From Veleropilina oligotropha (Eukaryota): a stretch of DNA of 64,000 nucleotides. The position numbers and the translations under genes are program-made. A model generated the notes under the pieces. That model was not told the origin of the DNA. It made no database searches and saw only the letters and a program-made list of their open reading frames with translations. Location: NCBI GenBank assembly GCA_048128005.1, contig JBEUKZ010000125.1:1-64000 (forward strand), in the 5' to 3' direction. This document shows positions 38,301 to 51,300 of the stretch, piece by piece. How positions within the stretch are numbered: the stretch's first letter is position 1; every line of letters begins with the position of its first letter.

Positions 38301-41300
38301 TTAATCCAATTTGTTTCAAATTTGGTATGTGCTTTAGTTATGATGAGGACACGCCGCCTAGCGATTTTCATCGTTTTCGGATCCATGATGGCCCATGGCG
38401 GCCGTTTTCTTTAACTATATTTCGTGTGCTCGCTCTACTGGGAAAAGTTGTGTTCGGATTTGTTTCAAATTTGATATACTTGTTTGGTATGGTGAGGACA
38501 TGACGTTTATCGATTTGGGCTGCCGTGGGAAGGGATACCCCCACTCTCCAGGCAAAGAGAATACGAAACGACGCCCCAGGCTTATACCTCTGCTCTCGCT
38601 GATCGCTATGTGGCGATCCGCCACATAGTTAATATACATATTATTTCGCTTCAGTTTGTAATTTAATGAAGTGCAAATGACATGGTTAAGTGTTTTCAAG
38701 AAAAGGGTAGGCTAATAACAACGTTTTAAATATGAAATACAGTGATGTTAAACAGCAAATAGTTCCGCGTAGCCATATTCAGCCAATTTATGCCAATTTA
38801 TTCACCGCGTAGGTAATTAATTAACTGCACAAACGCTTCTAAAAGTTTATTTTAATTAACTTTTAACTAAATTTGATATATTAAATACATATTAATGTTT
38901 GGAAAATTTCAAAGAGACGATATTCCAGTCGGGAAAGAAGTAGGCGGACCAGCGAGAGCATAGTCTATAGACTATGACTAGACTATGACTATGCGAGCAG
39001 AGTGGGATACCCCCTCGACTTGCAGAGTCAAGGATTCGCTAGTTTTCTATTATACTGAATCTGTTCCCGAGTCCGTGATATCCATCTGTGACGTCAACGA
39101 TCTAAGACTATATGCATATTCTAGGCTCTCATCGAGTTATCAACCAATTAAGTCTCCTCGATCCAATTCAGACAGTCATGCAAACTTTGCACCACATATA
39201 TCTCTCAGGAATAGGCAGTAAAGATAAATTTTACATTCATTATGATGAATAATTCAAAAATATTTTAAACTTCGTCATTTCTGGAACACAACTTACGGTG
39301 TCCATCCTCTTCTTTCAGCCTGGCTAGATGGGTTCGAGCCAGTAGCAGAAACCATATTTGCTGATATTGACGATGACGACGATGATAATGATGAAGCTGC
39401 GACGTCGGATGTGTGCGCCACTCGATGCTATAAAAACGACGACTGCGCTTCGTTCTGCCATAATTCTGGAACGAAACGGTGAGGTTTGGTTTGGACTGAT
39501 GCTTAATGTCCATGTTTTTTAACCACCTTCAGGTTAATATAGAAAATGTCCATATTATTGCGTGAGGAAATCACAGTCGCCCGGGATATTCTGACCCCCC
39601 ACGGCCAGTTATGGACAACTGTGACTGGCAAGTGAATGAAATGGTAACAAGGGCAAGTAAATGATGCCTGATGCTGCTGAAAACCTAGCTTTCTTTCTAG
39701 ACATCAAATGAAAGTTGTTATAATTGCGCACATGAAGCGCTCATCCACGGCACATATCACCTACTTTAAAAATGCTGTCTGATTTTTATTTTGATACCTG
39801 ATTGTTGTGCATATGTCTTGCACAATATACATATCACCATTAATTATCTGTATCAATTACTTTGAGATTTTATTTATTCAATATTTGATAGCTTTCAATA
39901 CTGATCATGGTGTAAAAGCATATCACTATCATGTGCAAGTTTGTAGAAACATGCATAAAGGAAGATTTATGACTACTACATCGTGAAGTTGAAGCAACAT
40001 GCATTGAAACATGCTTTTTGTAATGCTTCCTTGATTTTATATGGTGTGAATACGATATATATATTACTTCAATGAGGAATTTTGAACTTCACAGTATGTC
40101 ATTTAACCTCGTCCCTCCGGGAGCGCGAAAATTTTGCGCATTGAGTATGTGTTGGGGAATCCCCTTAATACTATGCACTCATTGGTTAAAATTGCGTGTC
40201 GTCTGCTATAAATAAACTGTCTACCGATACATGGCGACACTTTTAGGTCATTCCTGTCAATCTGGGTCATTTTATCGCCAGTTATTCCCGGCTTGTTCAT
40301 ATAAGTAAACTTGACTATTTTTCGTGAAATGGCTATATATATGCAGGGTATTCGAGGATTATATTTTGTACATGATGTGAAACGATTGTTAGATGAGATG
40401 AGTGATGTTAATTTTAATTTAGATGAATACGATGATTCGGAACATTCTGATATTGATGGGGGGTCCTAAAGGGGTTTGCCGCTAATGATATGCCACGCCT
40501 ACGACCACGCCCATCCTCAGGAACCGATGACAGTGATCAAGAGAGTGGTCAAAATGAATATTATTTTGTTGATAGTGATTCTTACGATCGTGGGGTTGCT
40601 AGATGAAGGAATGTGTATGTAAACAGAGGCAGGCCTTCACAACATATATATGGGCGAGGTGCTGGCTGTGCCAGACCACATTTACGTGGGGATGGGCGTG
40701 GGCGTGGCAGAGTCATGTGACATTCGAAAGAATAATACTGGAGATAGATGTATATAAGTTGTATTTTACAGGCAATTACATAAACACAAACGGATGAAAT
40801 TGTGTCAATATTTATTTCTTGAAATAAGCCCCCCCCCCCCAAAAAAATGGCATTCGCAGCAAATGTTGTTGGAACGGCAGCCATTTTGAATCCATAATTA
40901 GGTCACATGTCCTCATTTACATATTTTTATGATTACCCTTACTGATGCAATTAAGTATGCATAACCCATTGCAAGTTTGAATGTGTCATACTACATCAAA
41001 TGTGAAACAGAGGACTGTATAACATCAGCATATATGTCCACATCATATGCTCCATGAAATTTAGCCAAAACCACTGCGCATTGAAAGAATGTCCTCAAAT
41101 TTATAAATATTGGAATATTTTAACATTTGAGATGTCATTTTGGAGATGAGATCCCCATCTTTATGTTAAAAAGATAAATTTCATGATATATCACACCATA
41201 AGTTACATCATACATGTGATACCTCCCGCCGGGAGTATAATTCTCCCGATAGCGGCACCCCCAAAATGGCCTACTCCCGAAATGACAGAAATCTCCCGAA

Positions 41301-44300
41301 ATGACAAATTCCTACCGGAATATCTTGATTTCTCCCTCAAAGATATTTTCGCAATGTTATTTCTTATCTGCAATAGTGTTGGAGTCGGTAAACGGAACTC
41401 GTTTAATAAGTCGTCAACTCGTCAAATACAGTAGATGCTGTAAAAATATACCTCTACATAAATTGTGTAGGAAGAACACGATAGAGCATGAAGATTATTG
41501 TCAAAATATTCGTTTGATACGCCGTTTACCACAAGCACTCAGCATTCTTTTGTTGAAACATTGAACGTGCTTTTGTGTTGATAGCTGTCGCGCATTAATT
41601 TCGGGACTACTTACGGAAATATACGAGTGTTTTTCGAATCAACATTGTGATCTACTTGATGTAGGCTCGTAGTTCGCAAAGAATTAGATGTCAATAGAGC
41701 TAATAAAGCAAATTAATTGGGAATAACTTCTATGAAAACGTCTATTGTTTAATTACTAGCGAGAATGGCAGTTTCATCAAGAGTTTCAGTAGAGTTGCCA
41801 AATAATAGGGATTAGCGCAACTGACATGCTCTGAGCTCGAGTGATTTAATACAAGTTTGCATTTATCGGCAAAGTACATAGCTATTAGGCCTAACCGCAA
41901 AGGTAATCTGGATTGTCGGCAAGAACTTTTTAAAATATAAGAGGATTAATGATAATCTTTTTTTTTAGGTTTAATTTTGTTATGACAACATATGTTGCTA
42001 TGATGATCAAGTAATTAAGTAATTAAGGCTGTGCATATTGTACTTGACTGAAGATATATATAATAAGAATTGTAAATATTTAAGGTTGTATTATATAATT
42101 ATTTTATGGTGTTTAATATATATATATTTAATTATAATATTTATTGTTGTTTTGATTGCATAAATAAAATTATATTTCATTTCTATGAATGCCTTTTTAT
42201 TCAAATAATTTCAAATATATGACGAAATCGACGATAAAATGCTCTGATAAAAATACTTCTGGAATCTTCTGGAATATTGACCCCAACCTCCTGGAATTGT
42301 ATTTTGGGTTTATCACATGTATGTTACATCATCAGTTGCCAAAGTCAAAAATGCAGAATTCTGAACCTGTTAGGACGCCATTTTGAATATATAATGAGGT
42401 CATGTGACCGAATTTGCATATTTTCTGGGTTCCACTATGAAGAACAACTAATACACTTGCAGGATATATATGGTTTATTCGGGTTTACTACAACATTTTA
42501 CAGGTAAATTGTTGGTATCTAACATGTATATAAATGGTCCCCAGAAAGTCAGTAGGGAGGAGGTTAAACTTCTTGATCCATTCCAAGTGATAGCAGTATG
42601 GCATATGAAATTCTTGATCCATTCCTAGTGATAGCAGTATGGCATATGAACTTGTCGATCCATTCCAAGTGATAGCAGTATGGCATATGAACTTGTCGAT
42701 CCATTCCTAGTGATAGCAGTATGGCATATGAACTTGACGATCCATTTCTAGTGATAGCAGTATGGCATATGAACTTGTCGATCCATTCCAAGTGATAGCA
42801 GTATGGCATATGAACCTGTTGATCCATTCCAAGTGATAGCAGTATGGCATATGAACTTGACGATCCATTCCTAGTGATAGCAGTATGGCATATGAACTTG
42901 TCGATCCATTCCTAGTGATAGCAGTATGGCATATGAACTTGCTGATCCATTCCTAGTGATAGCAGTTTGGCATATGAACTTCTTGATCCATTCCAAGTGA
43001 TAGCAGTATGGCATATGAACTTCACGATCCATTCCTAGTGATAGCAGTATGGCATATGAACTTGTCGATCCATTCCTAGTGATAACAGTATGGCATATGA
43101 ACTTCACGATCCATTCCAAGTGATAGCAGTATGGCATATGAACTTGTCGATCCATTCCAAGTGATAGCAGTATGGCATATGAACTTGCCGATACATTCCT
43201 AGTGATAGCAGTTTGGCATATGAACTTCTTGATCCATTCCAAGTGATAGCAGTATGGCATATGAACTTCACGATCCATTCCTAGTGATAGCAGTATGGCA
43301 TATGAACTTGACGATTCATTCCAAGTGATAGCAGTATGGCATATGAACTTCACGATCCATTCCAAGTGACAGCAGTATGGCATATGAACTTGACGATCTA
43401 TTCCTAGTGATAGCAGTATGGCATATGAACTTCACAATCCATTCCTAGTGATAACAGTATGGCATATGAACTTGTCGATCCATTCCAAGTGATAGCAGTA
43501 TGGCATCTGAACTTGACGATCAATTCCAAGTGATAGCAGTATGGCGTATGAACTTCTTGATCCATTCCAAGTGATAGCAGTATGGCATATGAACTTGATG
43601 ATCCATTCCAAGTGATAGCAGTATGGCATATGAACTTGACGATCAATTCCAAGTGATAGCAGTATGGCATATGAACTTGATGATTCATTCCAAGTGATAG
43701 CAGTATGGCATATGAACTTCACGATCCATTCCAAGTGATAGCAGTATGGCATATGAACTTGATGATTCATTCCAAGTGATAGCAGTATGGCATATATATG
43801 AACTTCTTGATCCGTTACTAGTGATAGCAGTATGGCATATGAACTTCACAATCCATTCCTAGTGATAGCAGTATGGCATATGATCTTGTCGATCCATTCC
43901 AAGTGATAGCAGTATGGCATATGATCTTGACGATCCATTCCAAGTGATATCAGTATGGCATATGAACCTCTTGATCCATTCCTAGTGATAGCAGTATGGC
44001 ATATGAACTTGACGATCCATTCCTAGTGATAGCAGTATGGCATATGAACCTCTTGATCCATTCCTAGTGATAGCAGTATGGCATATGAACTTGACGATCC
44101 ATTCCTAGTGATAGCAGTATGGCATATGAACTTGATTATCCATTCCAAGTGATAGCAGTATGGCATATGAACCTCTTGATCCATTCCAAGTGATAGCAGT
44201 ATGGCATATGAACTTGACGATCCATTCCTAGTGATAGCAGTATGGCTTATGAACTTGTCGATCCATTCCTAGTGATACCAGTATGGCATATGAACTTCTT

Positions 44301-45321
44301 GATCCATTCCTAGTGATAGCAGTATGGCATATGAACTTGACGATCCATTCCTAGTGATAACAGTATGGCATATGAACTTCTTGATCCATTCCTAGTGATA
44401 GCAGTATGGCATATGAACTTGACGATCCATTCCTAGTGATAGCAGTATGGCATATGAACTTGTCGATCCATTCCTAGTGATAACAGTATGGCATATGAAC
44501 TTCACGATCCATTCCAAGTGATAGCAGTATGGCATATGAACTTCTTGATCCATTCCAAGTGATAGCAGTATGGCATATATATGAACTTCTTGATCCATTC
44601 CTAGTGATATCAGTATGGCATATGAACTTGACGAGGAGGGGGGAATTATGCGTAATGTCCTGTATATTTACAACATCGAGGTTCAAGGCAGGACATGTCC
44701 GTGTTATCGCGGGAGGAAACCCCGGTCGCCCGGGTAAACCCGCCCTCTTCGGTCAGTCACGGACAACTGTGATTCATAACTTGAACAAATTTCCATGCCT
44801 CAGCCAGGTATTGAACCCACTACTGTTCGCATTAGCGGAATCAAGCCAGTGAATTTAGAGTGGACACTCTTACCCACTGTGCTGCCGAAGCGGCCTGAAC
44901 TTGACGATCTATTCCAAGTGATAGCAGTATGGCATATGAACTTCACGATCCATTCCAAGTGATAGCAGTATGGCATATATATGAACTTCTTGATCCATTC
45001 CGAGTGCTGTCCATGAAGATAAATACTTTAAATGCATGGTATTTTCAGATGCAAATATTCCAAGTACAGCAAATACTCCCGACCTGGATCTGCAAAACCA
45101 AGCCCAGAATGGAAACACTACGTTCAGAAAGAAAGAAAGTGTGAGTCTACTATTTACCAAAACTCCTTCTTTATGACATTTGAGTAAAGTTTTTGATCGA
45201 TGATTTAATTTCCCATGTCAGTGATGTTCCTAGCGCGTTGTGGCGCGGCGCAGCGCCTCACCCTAATTGGTGGCGCCGCGCCCTAATTGGTGAGCGCCGC
45301 GGGCGCCGCGCCCCAATGTAG

Positions 45322-45358
<37 letters not shown>

Positions 45359-48300
45359 TGATTACCATTACTATTATGACAGTAATTATAGATAAAAATA
45401 ACAAAAACCTAAAATCTTTGTGTTAACTGATGTGTACAATACTTAATTTAGTACTATGTCCCTTTATATATCCAAGGTCGCGCGAAAAGTGCCCTAAATT
45501 TGCAAACACGCGCGCAAAAGTGCCCATAATATAAATATCTGCCGCGCCCTAAAAAAATCCTGGGAACATCACTGCATGTATAACAATGTTGATGTCATAT
45601 CACCACGATATATCCACATAGCAGCCGTGGTACAGTGGTAGATGCACTGGCCTCTCACTCGAGAGGTTTGGGGTTCAACCCCGATCCCATTGACTTCCCT
45701 TGGGCAAGGAATTTAGCATGTATTGCCTCGGTTCACCCAGCCGATCCGAGATCTAAATGGGTACCTGTTTGGCAGTGGCAGAATATGTCAGAATGACTGG
45801 TCAAGCGCCTAACAGGCATGTACTTAGCCGTAATACTCTCAGAGAGAGTTGAGAACGAATATTGAATGAACAGGCCAATAACCAGGGAATAATAATATAA
45901 GCGCTTTGAGCACGCATCTCGTATGTGTGGAAAAGTGCAAATAAATCTTCACATTATTATTACTGTGGGAAAAGAAGCACTCACCGGCCAGTTATGGGCA
46001 ACTCTGACTGTTAACTGCCCAAAGCACTATCACACTCAAGTTTTGATTTTTGGCTCGCATGCAACGCATATGTGAGTCTATGTAATAAGCAGATATCTTC
46101 CCTAAATTTACAACAACAAAAATTAAATCTCCACTGCGCCGGGTAGAGGGGCATTGTGGTCAACGTTGTATGAAATTAAAATAAATAGAATCATTTGTTG
46201 TACACCCCTCAACTGTTTATATGAACAAATTTGATAGCTGTATAATGCAAACAATGCTTAGAAACTTTTCATTCCATATCACAACATAATAGCTACTTAC
46301 TAATATGATTTCAGCTTGTTTCATGTAACCCGAATGTTTTTCGATGCAGCTCAGCATTGTCCATATCGTTCCATCGCTGCGGCGGGCTCAAACCGCTGTT
46401 ATCGATTCTACACGCGCGAAATGTCATGGGAAGGCGCAGTCAAGAGTTGCCGCACCAAAGGCGGCTATATCGCGGTCCTCAACAAGGCAGAATACGGACA
46501 CTTCTTCGCCAACAATGCCGATGCGTAAGCCAGTAAAGATAACATTTTCGTTTAATGTTCCATTTGAAAAACCCTTCAGGACCCTTGAGGATGTTAAAGA
46601 GTACATTCAATATCAGTCAATATCAATCATATTTCTGCCTATAATCTATTTTTATCCGTGTACAATAGTCGTGGATAGTGGCTGTGCTTTTGTCTCTACT
46701 TGACCACTGCCATGTTCACATAGAATATTGTGTGCAGTTTACAATTATATTAATTCTGATTTGCTTCAAATTTCATAAGCCCATCAGTTACAATGACGTC
46801 CAGACCCGATGGATATTTTCGCATTCAATATGGCTGCTGTAGGAGGAGCTCCATTCCCTACAGGATTTTCCTTATTCATGATATATAATTACAGGATTCC
46901 CTATGCATACTGGATGGGATTCAATCGTCGAAGCGGGAGATGGAAGTGGAACTTGAAAGGACGAGCATGCAACTGTGGCACTTACACCAACTGGGAGGCG
47001 GGATATGTAGGTTTACGAGTGTAACTCAGTCGTACAGATCTCAAATGTGGCTTGGTGGGGTGGGGTGCATGTATGTAGAGACAGAAGTATTGGCCAACAA
47101 TATTGAAAGTCGCAGTGTGAGGAATAAAATTTGTCAAAGCCATTCCATTAAACAAAAGTTGTACTTTGAATATGTAAAATGTCCAATTATGTTATATTTC
47201 ACCTTCTGTGTGCTAAACTACAACAGTTTAATCAATATGTGACATCGTGGCTCAGTGGGTTGTTCACAGGACTCTGGTCACATAGTTTCAATTTCGCCCC
47301 AAAGCTCGGCGATTTCACTTGGACAAGGAAATAAGCATATATTTGCCTCGGTCCACTCAGCTGATATGAATGGGTACCTGGTTGGCAGATATGTCAGTCA
47401 TTGCACTACCTGCGTGTAATGACTGTAATGCTCCCAGAGAGAGCCCATAACTAGAGAATAATAATGATGTCAAGCACATGTTAGCAGCCTGGCTTTAACT
47501 CAGCACTCTAGAAATAGATTACCATTTTTAGCTCGACTATTCTAAAATAGTACGAGCTATTGCAGTCACCCTGTCGTCGGCGTTGGCGTCGGCGTCAAAC
47601 TTCAGGTTAACATTTTGCATGAAGGGTCTTTGGCCATAACTCTAGCTTCTTTTTTACCAAATTATTTCCATTCATCGATCCAGCTTTTGATAGTCGAGCA
47701 TGCTGTCCTTCTGACAGCTCTTGTTATTTATTGTTATTAATAAATGCATCCTCTGACGATAATGATACCATGTTTCAATATTAAATTGGGCTCGAATTCT
47801 GCATGAATGTTATGCATATAAACCCGGAAATCTTCAAATATGTCGGCAAACGTCTTTCTAAGATATCTCTGTTATTTAATAGCCAAATGCAAACACGAAC
47901 AATTGCGCCATCGGAGTCAAAGGACTCGGAGGTCGCTGGAAGTCCATATCCTGCGGCGCACAGCGACCGTATGTCTGCGAATTCCGAGCAAGAGGAGACG
48001 ATATAGATGATGGTAAGAAAGCACAGCAACTGGAGGATTTTATTTTATGATACTCAGGATTGCAATTACATTCACAAACTTTACCATTTTTCCATTCAAA
48101 CAACTTTGTGGCATACAAAACATGAACAGATACGAATAAATATAGCTTTTTCAAAGACTAATTAACGAATTGAATGATTGGCCAAGAGTTCCATGATATT
48201 AATATAATTGAATCAGAAAATATTTTAAGTTTTAAAATATAATAGCAACTCATTTAGTGAACAGATTTTGCATGCAACATAAAATTATCTGTTTTAAATT

Positions 48301-51300
48301 TTTCATATTGTATGTAAAATTATAATACACAATTTATTATGCATATTTGTTGTTTTATTTTGCTTAGTTCACATCTAATGGAGGTGTGTTGCAACATGAC
48401 TCGGATGTTTTGTTAAAATAGTTAAATATAATTTCAGAAAGTGAAGAGTGCTCCGTCGACAGGACTGAGAACCGATATGTGGCAGATGCCACCGCAGATG
48501 TTGTACGAGACGTGTCAAACTCCGAATGCTTGTCACAGTGCAAACGCAAACGATCATGCCGAGCGATAAACTATTTCGATGATGACCGACGGTGAGTTTC
48601 GTTTACTCAGATAAAAGCAGATGTGTGTGTTGTAAAATGACAAGCGTTTAATTTATGCATATTAGTTGTTGGCATGTTTATATGCCAAATCTGTTTTGAT
48701 TTAATTAAATTGATGTTTTCCTACTTGTAGTTGCGAGTTATGCTCCAAGAGCCGACATACTGCCCCACAGCGAGTACGAAAGGGCTCGAGATGCAGGACG
48801 CAATCTATTCGCAAACGACGAGGTACGATCTGAGATGCTTTGTGAGAGTTCGCATATGACCTATCAACCCTTTACACCCTGAACTTACACAACCTGATGT
48901 CTCTAGACGAATATATATATATGCCTGCTATATAATATCATTAATTATGCATTAAATTCAAGGGCATATTTATGTGGAAGGTTCATCAACCACATTTCCT
49001 GGTAGGTGTGTTACGTTTCCTAGGAAGTCTACAAGGGATAAGGGCTGGGGATGGTAATACCGCTGTTATAATTTACTCCAAAAGTTGAATGATGGATAAG
49101 TAGCTGGGACGAGATTTCCATGAGATCTCATGAGATTTGAGCTGGTCTGTGTTTGGGTATCCATGGTCATAATATAAGCAGCATATGAGATGCAGTGTTG
49201 ATAGCAGATATATATAAATGTGCATGAATTTTTTCATTCTATTTTATAACCATCCTTTCAGGAACTCACTGTCCTCGGTCCGCATTCAGTAGCGGAGATT
49301 CTGGAAGGTGCTACAAATTTGGTGATCGTCGCATGTCATGGCCTGAGGCTCAAGCTTACTGCAAGAAAAGGGGAAATGGACGCTTAGCGGTTATCTCAGA
49401 TAGAGGTTCATTCAGAACGTTGATAAGGCGCATGCCACATAGGTGAGATTTAAAGAACGTTAAAATACATAATTTATCTTGGTTAATATTTACGTTGAAG
49501 GAAATGTCTGATCATGAGCAACTTTCCATTCTTAAAAAGAATGGAGACGCAGCTCCGGAGGGGCCAAGAACCATACTTTTTAAGAAATTGGAGAATTGCG
49601 AAGACATTCCGCAAATTAAACTACAGCAAAAACCGTATCATGCGCCCTTTCAAGATACAATAGCTTTTTAACAATAGGTTCCGAGTTAATTGCGCCTTCA
49701 TGTACAATTCATGTGCAATCTGACCCGACATGAACGATTCTCATGTGTTGTGCATTCACATTGGTAATTTCACCACTAACATTGAAGCTATTAACATTTC
49801 TCGTTTTAATCAGTAGCAGCACAGACAGAGGCGGAAAAGTCAATAAAGGATTATAATGACTATCGAACTATATTGACTTCGAACAGGAGTTTAAAAATGA
49901 AAAAAATCCTCCTGCCTGCAACACTTTTTTTCGAGAGAAATTAATTTTATGCAGCCTTATCAATGAAAGCTGTAAGAATATTCCTGCTCCGGCGTGGCTT
50001 ATTCTAATGCTTAAAAGTAATAGAATGATGGACCCATCAACTGTCCTTTGAAGAAGACGTTAAACCAAGGATCCGAAGACTGAAAAATTGTCAAAATGTA
50101 GTCGTAAAAATAAACTGATACACTCACTCGCTCATTTAAATTTTGTGCATGCATTTCATGTTTCCTTTGCATTCTGTTTTCAGTTCACCAAGCGAGTACT
50201 GGATCGGGATGAGGAAAACCAAGAGCCGGGGCACGTGCTGGTCCTGGGGCACCAAGACGTTTAGGATGGGACGATTTGCCAAATGGGGCAGCAGGGATAC
50301 GGTACGTTAGGGTGGGAATACATGTGTGCGGTTAGATGGATGGGGCACCAAGGGACACAGTCATTTATGGTTAGGGCGCTAAGATGTGCAGGATGGGACG
50401 ATAAGCCAAGGCAACAGGGATACGAGTAGTGCAGATGGAAAATTTAACCTACTTATATTTCCATTTAGACTCAATTCAGCACCAGCAGTCAGCTCTGTGG
50501 GGTGGCGAGCAGCAACCAATGGGAATACCGCAGATGCAACGACAAGAAAAAGTTCCTGTGTGAATACAGAGGCGGAGAAGAAGAGAACATTGCTGGTACG
50601 TGGTGATCATTTCATATCTATAACACCTGGTTATGCAGTTGGTCAAATATCACATTTTAAATGTGTTAAAAATAAAAGTTGCTTCCATTGCACACAGCAC
50701 CAACTCATTTCTTCATTTAAAATTGATTGACCCAAATTATGACTGAAATACTGTTGACGTGGTCGTTAAACATCAACTCCACATCATCATCATTATTGCA
50801 GGTAAAAGTGGACAGTTTTGGACAACTCTGAATTTCAAGCGAAAGTTAGGCGAATGAATTTTAAGCTAAGATCTTAACCATTATACCACTAATTGGCACT
50901 GAAGAAATAGGATGCGTAATAGAAACAAAATGTCATAAATATCTGCAAACAACCGCTGCTCTGGATTTGGACTCAACATCTATGGATAAAAAGTGATATT
51001 TATGCACTATTCTAAAATATTCTATCATTATGACTTCATTAAGATATACCATTAATTTTTCTTACGCAGGCCAGTGCCCTAGATATTGGGAGTCTTTCGA
51101 AGGGACTTGCTACATACATAAAACCCATCCGAGAACGTATTCCGGAGCGAGCGAAGCCTGTGCTTTGTTTGGTGCAGAGGTGCTATCCATTGAAAATGAG
51201 AACGAGAATGAATTTATCGAGTATTTGGTGTAGGTATCTCCATGTTTTCTAAAGGAAGAATTGATGTCATGCCATTATCGTCGTGCTGCCAGAGTCACTT

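Larger units (their letters stand above)
33790..39045 (+). mobile_element. Cluster of three Helentron-like (HINE/CvA-type) elements with internal ~130-150-bp tandem repeats and nested insertions
   Basis: Repeats of gatttgattcaaatttgg...ttagttatgatgag...cctaacgatttt...aagatggc. 3' ends cctcgacttgc..gtc(g/a)aggatt(t/c)gctagtt at about 36955, 37516 and 39044. Same family at 58424-58747. Confidence 0.7.

Noticed and set aside
42564..44686. Repetitive minus-strand ORFs (MPYCYHLEW...)
   Set aside because: Translation artefacts of the 41-bp repeat (41-aa period equals three units), broken by stops wherever the CCTAG variant falls in frame.
42567..45001. CRISPR-like array
   Set aside because: Units abut with only a 3-nt variable position. 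There are no unique spacers and no cas genes, and it lies in a eukaryotic intron. It is a minisatellite.
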